Origin: Octopus vulgaris
Taxonomy: Eukaryota
Length of the DNA stretch: 64,000 nt
Direction of reading: 5' to 3'
Assembly: GCA_951406725.2 (NCBI GenBank)
Contig: OX597818.1
Span: forward strand, 42,842,001-42,906,000
Of this stretch, positions 44,480 to 58,133 are shown one piece after another (the first letter of the stretch is position 1; the number at the start of each line of letters is the position of its first letter). Below the pieces are notes generated by a model. The model saw only the letters and a list, made by a program, of their open reading frames with translations. It was not told the DNA's origin and searched no databases. The position numbers and the translations under genes are program-made.

Positions 44480-46265
44480 AATTTGCATCGATTTTGAATT
44501 TGGTTTGCAAGATTCTTTATGTGAGTTCGTGTGTTGAAGCATATTTTACTGTGTCTGGTGAGAGTCACTCTTTAAGTTCCTTATTATTTAACACACTCAT
44601 CGGTAAAGTTTCCTCTAATTTACTTATTTATTTTTCCTAAAATTTTCATTGCATCTTGCAACCTTTTCAATAATCATTGACTCTGTCTATTATTCGAGCG
44701 ACGTTCTTTTTGCTTGTTTGTGTGCATGTGTGTGCACATACACATGTATGTATGCATGTGTGTGGATATGTATATATGTGTGTGCATTTGTATGCATTCT
44801 GCATATTCATATGTTTGTGTGTGCATGACTGAGTGTGTCTAGGCTTTTGTTGCTAACTACTGTATCTATGTATGGATGTGTCTCCATTTGTGTCCTTGTG
44901 TGAAGTGTGTGTGTATGTCTTCATTCGCATGCATGTGTGTGCTTGTCTGTTCATATTATCTATGTACCTATCCATCTGTACGTACATGTTTACATTCGTT
45001 TCCATTTACCTACATGCATATACTTATACACACATACATCTATATAACAGCCCACTAACTATTCTACCGGTATATATATATATATATATATATAAACTGG
45101 GGTTATGATTACCTACTACATATATTTCCTATTTAGTACTGAGGATGTTTCATTTATGAGGACGTATTCATGTATTTGTCTGAGTGTTGGGTGCTTATAT
45201 AAAATGTGGATGTCAAGTTGACCCAGGTTGCCTCCATGTTGATCCTTGGAATATTGATAGAGTATGGAGGAAAGTTTTTGTCATATTGTATCAAATGTCT
45301 ATTTAGTCTTTTCGTTATGCTCCTAGCTGTCTCTCCTATGTATGTCATGTTCTTGTCTTTACAAGCACCTTCTATGCACTTTATGCTGTAGACTACATTT
45401 CTAGTTCTATAGTTAATGCCAGGGTTAATCCTACACACCATGCAGTTATTGGTGCATATGGTATTCTCAAAGGGGGTATGTCCTACATAGTTGTGATCTG
45501 ATGGAGTTTCCTGGCTTTTCAACAATCTTAATGTTAAGTTTGGTCTCCCTCAGAGCTTTCCTAAATCTATGAGGTAGTTCTCTATGGGCTGTGGCCTCTA
45601 CAAACATCACTCCTTGATATTTGTCAGTTTTGTACCACATGTTCACCCTGTTTGCTTTGTCAAAAGCTCTTTGTATTTTATTCCAGTCTTTACTTCTATA
45701 TCTAGGGCAGGTACCACTGGTTTCATTACATGTAATGTTATGTAACTTCTTTCTAGCACCCTTGTATACTCAAACCTTATGTTTCTGATGTACATATATG
45801 TATATGTATGTAGGTAAATGAATAGACATACAGACGGAAAGGTACATAGGTAATATGAAGACTGAAACACATGACCACTCACACACACACACACTTCACT
45901 TCTCACAAGGACACATATGGAGACACACATCCATATATACAGACAGTACATTGTCACTAAAACCCATACACAGACACACTCAGGCATGCACGCACAAGGA
46001 GACAGAGGTACACATGCAGAATACATACATACACATATACACATGCATGCATACATACATGTGTATGCACACACTGACCCACATACATGCGCACAAACAA
46101 ACAAAAAGAACGGAGGGTGTCAATGACTATTGAAAAGGTTGCAAGACGCAATGAAAATTTTAGGAAAAATAAATAAGTAAATGAGTGGAAACTTTACCAG
46201 TGAGTGTGTTAAATAATAAAGCACTAAAAAGAGAATGACTCTCCCCAGACACAACAAAATATTAA
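44480..46265 (-). mobile_element. Penelope-like element remnant: GIY-YIG endonuclease between inverted repeats
   Basis: ORF 45154-45525 (-): C..C, NVVYSIKC...YIGETARSITKRLNRH; arms ~44480-45040 and ~45790-46265 are reverse complements. Confidence 0.82.
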
Positions 46266-46779
46266 TTTGCAACCTTTCACTATCCATGGTGCCTTTGATC
46301 ACACATTATATTGTTCTTTTCTGATTCAAGAATGTTGATGTTTTACAAAATAATCAAATGTCAAACTTTTTCAGGAACCAGATATCCAAGCATTATTTGG
46401 AAAGATTATCAAGCACGATCAATTTGTCACCTCTTGAGATTTCTATCTCAAGAGGTGACAAATCTTGATATTCATATATAAATTTTTGCAAAGAAATTAT
46501 AAAATCTATTTTGCAATAAAACTCAATTAGATTTTAACCCTTTAACATTCAGATTACTCTATCAAACGTAATGCTTATTCACATGGTTTTGAATTAATCA
46601 TGCGTAATCCCATAGTTTTGAGATTTCAATGTGATTGTTTTTAGAATGTCATTATAGGGTAGGTGTGAGAGGCCAACTCTGGCCAGTTTGAAGATAAAAC
46701 AAGTAGAAAATTTGGTTTGGATATAGCCAGTTCAAATGCTAAAGAGTTGAATCATTTTTGCTTGTAGAGAGTTATATGA

Positions 46780-49760
46780 GTTTAACACATCTACAACTGT
46801 AATATTTGGACACAACAATAGTGTTATGTCCTGGAGTCACTGGGTGTTGAGTTGGCCTAGGTTGATCACGCCTAGACCTGTGTCCAAACAGCTTTCTATT
46901 GACCCTAACAATACCTCTTTTTAGCCAATTGCTTTTTTAGCAGGCTCTATATTAATTTTAATAGCTCTTCTACTCACTCCTGAAATTGAATTGTTCAGAG
47001 TTTCACAGGCCTTTGCAAACAAATTCTTGACTGCCAACCACTTGATAAACACTACATTCTCCACCAATGCTTGTCACTTCCTCTCTGGTGCCTTTTCCAT
47101 CCTCTATCTTGGGGCATAATTAACTTCAATAGTATTTGTTGCATTGTGTTGGAAACCAAAATGATATCTAGTTTCAGCAAGATCTGAGTGATATGTGTTG
47201 GAAATTTTAATTGTTTCCCAGATTAACTTCTATCTCAGTCTTGTGCTGCAGAAAGTAATGTCTCAGAGCTGTTCTTGGGACTTTTTGTACGCCTTTTTCC
47301 CTCTTCAATAAAGGCTGCTTTTCTGGTATTTTTGCTGTCATTGATCTCCTTGTTGATTGCTTCAGCAATGATCTTGAGGACCTGATCATGTCTTCAATAA
47401 TAGAATCTTTCACTCAGTGCCTTGGAACAGCTGCTTAAGATCTGCCTAAAGGTCCCTGTCTTAGAACACCACAGGTATGCCTTATGCAAATAGATTTGAT
47501 GCACAGGATAAGAACTTGATCCTCTATGGGTTCCAGTTCCAGATGTTCTGTCAAGTGATATTCCACTCCATTGCCTGCTCCCACTGCATCCAGGCAGTTT
47601 TCACAGTGTCACTGCTTTGCTTGCCAACTCTTCCTCCACTGGTGCACAACTCCTGCTATGCCTTGCTAACCATGTCATATTGAGTTGTTGTAGAGCATTC
47701 AAATCCAGCCCTGTCATGTTCTACACCATCAAGGAAGGCTGCTCAACTACCTGATGAACTACATTTTGCTTCTTTCCTGTTCTCACAGTAATCTCAGTGC
47801 TAGACACCTTGGTGTCCTATAAATGTTCTTATACCTGTGACACCATAAATTCTTCCCTGACAGAATTAAACAGAAACCTTAGTTTGTTACTGTTTCTATA
47901 TAGTACAATGTGCTCTAAGGGCATGGCAAAGGTGGCTACTCATCATGAACTCTAAGCCCTCTGCTACTGTCAGGGGATTTTTGTAATCTTTCAAGATTTT
48001 TGAATCTTCCCAGTAACCCTGATTTGTACACAGTTCTGTCTGTTTTGATGGAATTGAGTAATCTTTCATGGATCCTATGTTGGTAAACCCAAGCCTTGAA
48101 TCTTCCCAGTAAGCCTGATTTGTACACAGTTCTGTCTGTTTTAATGGAATTGATGCCCTCCAGATTGTAACTGAAGACCTTTCTGAGGCTTTTCACTGGT
48201 TTTTCTGTGACAGATGGAATCTGATCTTCCCCTACCCACCTACTTATCCTTTCGTCAAAACTATGCATAGGGATTGTGCAGGTTTGAAACTCATCTGTTC
48301 CCATGCACAAACTTCTTTAGTTCCCAGAGGATCCACTTCGCTTTCTGCACAATTTTTGTCACTGATGTGTGGTTGCTTTACTCTTGTCTTAAGAGGACCC
48401 TGCCACTCCTTGGCTGTTCTTAAGGCAAAGAGACACACAGATATGGTGCACCCAGTGGATTATTCCCACTCTAGTTGGTGCCAGTCAGATGTCAACTGGC
48501 TGGCCTGAAGAAATCCTCTGTAATAATTCATGATGATGTAGTTTTACCTTTGGAGAATATAGTGTCTTTCTAGAATAACTTCAACCAGATTGTGCAGTGT
48601 TGGCCAAATCCAGCCACAGAACAACCAGGTCCTCTATTTCCTGTCATTCCTCCTTGATGAGTTATGTCAGTACACCTGTGTGTTCAAGGCAGCTAGGGAC
48701 TCCTGGTATGTCTCCCTTCTGTACTGATATGCTGATGATGATATTGTTCAGCAGAAAGTGGAAAAGTCTCTTGGACACAACATTGAAAAAAATCTTCTCT
48801 CCAACTACACTCACGGAGTGGTTGGCATTAGGAAAGGCATCCAGCTGTAGAAACACTGCCAGATCAGACTGGAGCCTGGTGCAGCCTCCTGGCTTCCCAG
48901 ACCCAGTCGAATCGTCCAACCCATGCTAGCTTGGAAAATGGACATTAAATGATGATGCAAAATTAGTTGATATTCTCAGCTCTCTCTTCTTTAGGTACGT
49001 ATATCCCTTCACCACATCTCTATGATTAGGCAGCTCTCCTTCAAATCACCTTCCCGGCCTTCCAAAGCCTTTCACTAGTTCTTGTAGACCATTTTATGGG
49101 AGCCTGCTTAGGCCTGGTGCCAAGTTAGATCTTTACCTTCATACTACTTTCACTTTCAAGCAAGGCTACTCCATTGGTCTTGATGTTTAGAAGTGCCTTG
49201 CAAAGACTTGTTGGTTGGACCCTCTCTCACTGTTGCTCTAAGCACTCATTAATGGTGTCCTTGGAACAGGTCAATTGACCAGTTCTCTTCTGAGGATCTA
49301 CTGCATTAATCTTTGGTTAACCAGGAATACAGCTCTCCTATTGTTATCTCCTGTGACTGTTCTTGTCAGTATTAGGAGCTCCTCCCTGAAGACTGTCAAG
49401 TCTGTTAGGGTGGCCTTTTCAACCACCTCGTTATCCTGTGGTTTGGCGCATAAATTGATAGTACGGATTTGGGCTCCTCTGTCCCAAAACGATGAACTGC
49501 AAAGTTCACTATGAATATGTGGAGGGCAGAGTTTTCAGTCATATTGATACATATCTCCCCCGTCAGTCCCTTTCCAAAGTTCCACATCTCATTTGGCAAC
49601 CCCTTATACTAAAGATTCGGTCAACATCCTAATCAAACTGCTGTCACAACTCGACGAATAGAGCCAGTGGATCCCTAGCTGGGCTGGTGAACCAGCAGCT
49701 GTGGCTGACATACAGAAGCACATGACACTGGTTTGCCATGCGCCTGGCTACTTCTGCGTC
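46780..49760 (-). mobile_element. Decayed R2-group (Hero-like) non-LTR element with nested RTE-3'-end repeat (~48800-48955)
   Basis: Remnants MSFKPAQS, IPSVTEKPVKSL, GL.GRFKAWVYQH, ILSSC..AL zinc-knuckle region. Confidence 0.7.
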
Positions 49761-50249
49761 TCACCTCATACGTTTTGCTTGTAGAGATATTTACAAAATA
49801 GACATATACAAAATTAAGCTAATCCTTAAGACCCATCTATAAAACGCATGCTTGTCTAGGTAAAAACAATAAAAATATTTCAGATAAATTTTGTTTAACA
49901 ATTGATAGACTGAGTTTACATAACAATATTTTTTTTTGTTACTGAAATGTGTAAAGTTTAATTTTATAAAAAAAGTTAACGAATACACAACACCTGTTAA
50001 TTACATTATGAAAAAAAAAGAAAGCGAAAAGAAATACATTTCAATCATTCGGGTGCGTAAAAAGTAACTTTGTATATTTTTATGTTTTCTTGGCTAAACA
50101 TAGATTATTACAAATGGAATAAAGTATGGTTTAAGAAGTGAAAAGTGCAATCCCATTTTGGGGGGTAAATTTATGTATGTTTACGTACATCTGACTAGAA
50201 TTGAATTAAAATATCGCACCTTGTATACAGAATGAAGCGGAACTATAAA

Positions 50250-50571
50250 AATATCGTGTGATCTCGTGTGATTTCTCTACGATATCACTGTCGTCGTCGT
50301 CGTCCGTCACCACCATCGACCAACAAACAGAGTTCTAATCACAGCCACCGCCGCCGCCGCCGCTGCTGCTGCTGCTGCGACCGCCACTCCGACTTCCCCG
50401 CCGACTACTCTTACCAGCCATTTACTCAAAATTTTGTTTTGGTCTTCGATCGGCACACGGACCATGTATGTGATGTTTGCCGCTCATCGACGGATATTTT
50501 ACCATTTCTCACTGGCTCCTAGCAACAGACTTAGCGAAGCACACCTGGATTAAGCCACTGTGTATTTTTAG
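50250..50571 (+). promoter_or_regulatory. CpG-rich probable promoter/first exon of an unidentified downstream gene
   Basis: Sharp CpG enrichment, (GTC)n/(CCG)n/(CTG)n runs, donor ag|gtatgt at 50572; no coding exon recognised downstream in the window. Confidence 0.55.
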
Positions 50572-53500
50572 GTATGTTTTGAAATTTTTTTTTTTACTTG
50601 CATTTCCTGAAAATACTTGAGATTATGAAGCGAGAGGTTTTTTTTCTCTCTCTCTCTCTCTCTCTTCTTGTTTTGCGTACATTCTTTCGACTGACAATGT
50701 TGGTCTGACACTACACATACGCACTCACCAACACATACAACACTGGGAAGCCATCCAGTTCTGGCTGCCGAATATCTTCTGCTATTTCCACACAACACGA
50801 AACACGCAGCTACAGTTTTCTTGTACTTTCTTCATGAAATTGTTTAATAAATTAAGGTTTATTAAAGTTAAAGCAAACTTGCGGACAATGCCCGATTATC
50901 TGCAGCGATAAATTAACGCATTTTTTTTACTGTACAAAAAATACTTATCTTGTTTGTCGATATGGTAACATTTAGAATAAAATAAAAAGGCTGTTGAGAA
51001 ATTGTGAACATTTCTGAAAAGGTATAAGCAACATAAATTTGTAGATATTCAATATGCGCTTTCCTATGAATATATACCCTTATCTAAAAGATGGAGAAGA
51101 GGAGAAAAGAAACCTAATCGTCAATATTCATCAAATCGCACACACATTATATACGATACATTACATATGCATTGGTACATACACACACACAGACACACAC
51201 ACACACACACGAATAATCCTTAGACTTGTTTGTTTATACACATATATTTATTGACTTATTTGAACATACTTAGGTACTTAGCATTTTTTGTAATTTACAC
51301 AGTCAGACCAACTATTTAACCGATTTTATTGCAGCTACCATCGTATATTCTAGACAGATTACTGCAGCGTTACTGATGCTGGTTGCTCTGTCAGTCGAAC
51401 ATATATATATATTGTTTCTAAGACTAAAAGATTAACTTTAGTTTCTCTTCTGTCTCCCACCCACGATATAATGCTGCTAATCTGTCAACATCTAACATCG
51501 TTGCACACAACATAAAACACACATGAAGCTGCTTGCTGCCTTCAGAGACGTTTTGGATGATTAGAATTTGTTGCATTATTATTTTTTTTCTTCTGCGATC
51601 GGCAGGTGATACTCAATGGTTTGTATATCTTTGGACCAAATCCCGTCCTTCAGTATGAGGAGTTTTTTTCTTTTGCTTTCCATATTTTTCTTTCTTACCC
51701 GTCTACTTCTATTTATTTATCGAAAGAAATTATCTCTAACGTTTGAAATTTAATTTTCTCTTTGTATTTTCTGCTATCGTAGAATTAAGAAGTCCCTGCC
51801 TCTATCTACATAAATAAAACATAGATATCATACGTACGTTCATTCATACATACATTTCATAGATACAGCTGTGACTACTATCTGTATATCTATCTGTGTA
51901 TTATAGTATTAATTTTCTGTGTGCTAAGATCAAATATTGCGAAGATTTTTTTTTTTTCATTAATTACGCGTAGGAAAGCCGATATTTTAGTTTTGTCAAA
52001 TGAGGGAAACAATCGTAGTCTGCAATATTACCGGTAGAATTTCAAGAATCTGTAATTAATCTTTACTATTGTAATATCATGCTATAATTTTGCTAATTAA
52101 AGAATACTTTCCGATAGATGCTAGATATATTGTTCTTATCAATCGCAGCATAAGAATATGTCTGTTGTGAAGAATATGTTTTATCCTCTTTCGATAATAT
52201 TTTCAAAGGAGGCAAATATATGGACGCATTCGTGTTTAATCTATCTTCAACAAACGCCAACCTTCTTACCCTGCCAACAACCGGCTTCATTTACATCTGT
52301 CATTTATAAGGCTTTAGACAGAACCGGTGCGAACTAATTCTTATACCACCTTGAATCATATTTTGAACCGCAAAGATCTCTATCATGGGTTCTGAAGAGG
52401 TAGATCCACCACAGACCATCTCTTCTCCATTTTTTACACCATGATATAATGTCTTGCCCTTGAAAATTTTGGCAAAAGCAAAGTTGTTGCCCTTGACATC
52501 AGGTAAACCTTTGACCAAGCTTAGGTATCTTCTCCCAAAGCCGGTTATCCATGCTAAACTTCACCGTTACCACTTGTTACTTAAACACTGGACTGAAAGC
52601 TGCCTAGTAAGTTGAACCATAAGAGTATGTGTTTAAGGAGTGATCTTCAAATGTATTAAACCAAATCAGGTGTACCTTAGTACTCAGTTATATTTTAACA
52701 CTTTTCAACTTTTACCTATTTACTACGTACATTCTTACACTGAGACCATCATAGACTCCACCTCCACGTTTTGTATACTGATTTGTCCAATCCTGTCACT
52801 GCCTGCCAGGCCTTTGCACTGACTGGAAATATCTAAAACACTCATTAATGAGGACTTGACAAGCTGGCTTTTTGCAGAAGAGGCATAGCAGAAATCCTGA
52901 AGACAAAAAGAAATAAACCTGTAAGATTGCATCACTCTGTAAGGCAATGCTAAAATTACCATCTGGGAGCATTACATTTAACGCATAATAGTCTCTCATG
53001 GAGATTGCAGTTTCATATAAACAAGACTAAATCCAGCAAAGTCAGTCTATACTGGAAGTAATTTAAATATTTATTGAAAGTTTAATTTCTTGCCTTTAAG
53101 AAGACTGAACTCTAAGTTTTCATTTCAATTTATAGCACTTAATCTGTCACCTGCTTTAACATGGCTACCTGATCCTTAGGTACCTTTAGTGGAATTTTCA
53201 TTGTTAACATTTGGGCCAGGTCTCCCTATTTGAGGATGATTTCCTCTCAGCATTCTCGAAGACCTTGAAACAATATAAGGTCATAAATGCAGCCATTCCC
53301 TCCTGAACAATCATAAAATAAAAGATGCAGCAAAGGAATTATAATTCATTTCTATCATTATGAAACAAACTAACCAAGGTGGTATAAACTTTAGTACTTA
53401 TAGACTTCTGCAGTATAGAAATTTCACATTATTGTTATGGTAACTGTAGGTATGGCTGTGTTAACATTTCCCAATCACATGATTTTGGGTCCAGTCCAAA

Positions 53501-55404
53501 GTCTTTTTTTTTTATTGCCCTGGACCTATGAAAACCTTGTAAGTATCATCATCATACAAGTGGGGGATTTTCATTTCCAGTATTCTGCAAGAATGTGGCC
53601 GAGGAGAGATGCTACCTTGCTTGGTGACAGGAAGGGCTGTTGAATATCTGCTTCAGTGAACTGTCTGACCCATGCAAGTAAAGAAAAGTGAATGTTAAAA
53701 TGATGATGATAACTTAAAGATTTCATATTCTCACTGTATAATTAAACATATCAATTGTTAATTGACATATATGGTTGGTTCAGACATAGCTGTGTGGTTA
53801 GAAGTTGCTTCCCAATCACATGGCTTTGGGTTCAGTCCCACTGCTTGTCATTTCTTTGGGCAAGTGTCTTCTACTATAGTGCTGAGTCAACCAAAGTCTT
53901 GTGAGTGAATTTGGCTGATGGAAACTGTAATAAGTGTAGTGTGTGTGTGTATATGATACTGATAGTTGTAAACAAGTTTGACTATCATGTAAGCGGTGTC
54001 CTTTGTTTGCAATCTTCTATGAAAACTGGTCTTGCTATCAGGGAATATTAATATGCCAAGAAACAGGTGAGAAATGGTAACAGAATGGGCATCTAGCTGT
54101 AAAAAAATTCACCTCAACAAATTGCATCTGACCCATGTGAATATGGGAAAGTGGATGTTAAAACAATGGTAATAGCCAACTCAAATTCAGCTCTTGAAGT
54201 GCTTTTATAAGCATAAATATATACACACACACACACTTACCATTAGCACTATTTCATGGTTAATTTAGAAAGTACTAGCAAAACATTGATGAGAAAACAA
54301 GCTATAGTTCTCATGTAATCACGTGCTTTCTTCCCACTACAATAACAACTCTATAAGGATATTGCTAAGTATTTTATGTGAACTGGCAATCTATGATATT
54401 TGTTGTAGAAACTTGCCTATGTTTGTTACCATTGAAAGAAGCCCTACTGTCATGGCATGCATACATATATGGATGCACATAAATGAAAAGAGCTACAATG
54501 TACTTTAAATTAACTAGTAATTCATGGCATCTGTAGTAGAAACCTGCTTATATTTGTACCATTGGAAGAGACCCTGCTGTGAAGGCATGCAAACATATGT
54601 ATGCGCATAAATAGAAAGAACTGCAAATATAATGTATTTTTTTCTAAGTCAGTTGATTATACTATCTTCTAAAGTATCAACATTGAAAAGGAAGTATTCA
54701 TATTTTAGCTTACTTATAAGTAAAGAATTTGTGGCTATAAATGTCTTCTAATTGATTTGATAAATCAATATGTTTCCATAATGTTCAGGAGATAAAACTG
54801 GATCTCTTTAACATCCTTTCTTGATGGAGTAGCTATTTAAATGCCCCCCACTCCTAAATCATGGTAATTAAACATTCCTCACTGCAAACCATCCTATTTA
54901 AGATAAATTGGGATTAAGGTTGCAATATGTTGTCAATCATGGGTTCTAATATATATTGATTTTTACATTAGCAAAATGTCACATTTTTGTTTCATACTTT
55001 CATCTCATGTGGCTATTTTAACTCCCCTTCACCAAGTTTTGTCAATTAAATATCCTTCCCCTTAGCATATTTTAGGGAGGAGGATGTGAAAGTAGTTCAT
55101 AAAACTTTTAAAAAACAGTTTTATTTTTGTTTACATATTTAGAAACAACTAGAATTTTATTCATGTAATTTTTTTTTCCTAATGTGATTAGAAAGAAATA
55201 TGTAACAGGATTGAAATAGGAAGGCTGTTGGGGGTAAACTGCTGTGAAGATTTAAGGATAAACATCTACAAGAATAGAGGATGTAGGCATCTTGTTACAG
55301 CTATGTAATTCTGTGTGAAGTAAGAGATGATAATTTAAAAAAAAATCTTTTAACTATATTGTTAGATATCCTTGTCTAAACCATGCAGTGTTTTTGAATA
55401 AATA

Positions 55405-56083
55405 AAAGTGCAGACATGATTGTGTGGTAAGAATTTGCTTCCCAACCACATGGCTTCAGTTCAGTTCCATGGTGTGGCACCTTGGGTAAGTGTTTTCTAC
55501 TATAGCTCCGAGGTGACCAAAGCCTTGTGAATGGATCTGGTAGACAGAAACTGAAAGAAGCCCATTGTGTGTGCAAGTGTGTGTTACCACCTCCTAGCTT
55601 TGACATCAGATGATAGTTGGAAATGTGTGTAACTGCCATACAAGCAGTGTCCTTTGTTTCCAATCTTTGGAAATATGTCTGGTTACGGAGAAATGTTACC
55701 CTACTTGGAAACAGATATGGATTGGTGATACGTAGAGGGCATTTGGCTGTAGAAAATCTGCCCAACATATTGAGCAGATATGTGTGCATGGAAAAGTGGA
55801 TGGTGAAATGATGATGCTATTTAAAAAAGGCGGCGAGCTGACAGAAACGTTAGCATGCCAGGCGAAATGCGTAGTCGTATTTCGTCTGCCGTTACATTCT
55901 GAGTTCAAATTCTGCTGAGGTTGACTTTGCCTTTCGTCCTTTCAGGGTCGATAAATTAAGTACCAGTTACGCACTGGGGTCGATATAATCGACTTAATCC
56001 GTTTGTCTGTCCTTGTTTGTCCCCTCTGTGTTTAGCCCCTTGTGGGTAGTAAAGAAATAGAAATGATGATGCTATTTAAAAAA
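55405..56083 (+). mobile_element. SINE A with RTE-like tail, then SINE B with 24-bp TSD
   Basis: gaaatgatgatgctatttaaaaaa at 55805-55828 and 56060-56083. Confidence 0.85.
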
Positions 56084-56939
56084 TTTTTATCATGTAGCCA
56101 GTTTAAATGGTAAATATCAAAAATGCGTAGTAACATTTTGGGTACTCTGTTACTTAGGTTAGTTAAAGAAGTTGCTATTTGTTCTGTAATGCAATATTTA
56201 CAAAGCGTACGCTTTATTAATTGCAAAAAAATCTAATGAAAAGACTTTGTTGATTGATAATCACTTATTTTCTCTTTGGGTAAAATGATTGTTTTTTTAA
56301 AACCATATCACAGTATTATTGACTGCGCAGTGAAGACAAAGCTTACAGTCCTCATCATTTAATGTCACTTTCCATGCTTGCATGGGTCAGACAATTTAAG
56401 GCAGGTTTTGTACAGCATGCAGCCTTTCCTGTTTCCAGCTCTCACCATATTTCCGAGCGAAGTAATATTTTCCCATAGCTAAATATGTTTTTTCACAGAC
56501 AACTAGAAACGAACAACCTTGCTTGTATGATGTTCGTTGACAACTATCACAAAATGTCTAGACAAGGGTACTCGCGCATATATAACATACAACATACTTC
56601 TTTCAGTTTACATCTGTCAAATCCACTCACAAAGCTTTGTTCGGCTCGAGGCTATTTGTAGGACTGAACCCAAGACCACATGATTGGAATGCAATCTTCT
56701 CAACCACACAGCCACACCTACACTTATCAAATGCTGGATGCATTTTCTCAGGGTAGACTGAGTTTAATTGAACTTATGAGCATTAATAAGAAAGGAAATT
56801 CTCTTTTAGTCACTTGAAGATGGGGAAATTGATAGAGGAGTGATAAGAAGTCTGTCAAGGACAATTCAAAATGGGAGTTGTTTATGCTGCCACAGTCAAC
56901 TGAAAAGTAGTAAACAAGACATTGTATAGTAAAAATAAT

Positions 56940-57171
56940 TAATGATTTTATATATTTATATATATCATCATCATCATCATGATGATGATATATATAAATA
57001 TATAAAATCATTATATATATATATATGTACACACACACATCTCTCTATCTGTCTATCCCTCTATCTATCTGTCTGTCTATCTCTTTCTCTATCTATCTAT
57101 CTATCTGTCTGTCTGTCTATCTCTTTCTCTATCTATCTATCTATCTATATATCTATCTGTCTATCTCTATG

Positions 57172-57202
<31 letters not shown>

Positions 57203-57300
57203 CTATCTATCTATCCATCCATCCATCCATCTATCCATATCTCTATCTCTCTATCTCTATATATATCTCTCTCCCTCTATCTCTATCTCTCTATCTCTTT
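56940..57300. repeat. AT-rich palindrome plus compound (TATC/TATG/CATC/TC)n microsatellite
   Basis: Read directly. Confidence 0.9.
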
Positions 57301-58093
57301 TTTTCTAGTGATATATACAGAAAAAATTCTTAACCACTCTCTAAAGCCAGTTATATACTTTATATCTGTTCATCAAGAGAGGTAGTTTTGCTTCAGTTCT
57401 ATCAAAATATATGTGGTTAGATACTGTGTTGCCAACATCTTTAGAAATATCAAACTCTTTGTATCAATCGCCTTTATGTCTATAGTTATTGGAAAGACAA
57501 ATGAGCAGTTCCTATCTTACTTAACCCCCTTCTCCCCAATCATTACATTGTTATGGCAATTATTCTAAAATCAATATTGCAAATCAATCCATAATATATA
57601 TATTAACTATACTTGTTTCTATAGAATACCCTACAGACAGTAATTATTTAAAGACTAGCTGCAACTATTTCTTTTAAATAAAAGTCTCTAAACTATAAAT
57701 CTGATCAGACTCACTGAAGTTTCACTCTAACCTATGGATATTATAAATATCCTAAATCGATCTATATCTGTTAAAAACTCACTTTTTTCAGTCACACCAT
57801 CAAAGAATATTCTTCTTTAGTATATCTATTTTAAGTAGTGTTGTGATTTTCTAATATTTGGGTACTCTTGTTTTAAAGCACCCGCTTAACTATCACAAAT
57901 AGACCAGGATTACTTCAGAGGAGCGGCAGTATACATGCACCAACTGTATCCATTGATGTCTGCACTACAGGCTCCAGTCATAATTTAGATGTTTTGTTTT
58001 TTCTCCAACATAACCGATCTTAGCATCTGCCTTAATTTCAATAATCTGATGTTAAGCATTATTTACTTAACCAATTTTATATGAGAGAGAGAG

Positions 58094-58133
<40 letters not shown>

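Noticed and set aside
56942-57385. Long ORFs over microsatellites (also 45643-46133, 59617-59980, 61930-62511)
   Set aside because: Low-complexity or repeat-derived stop-free frames.
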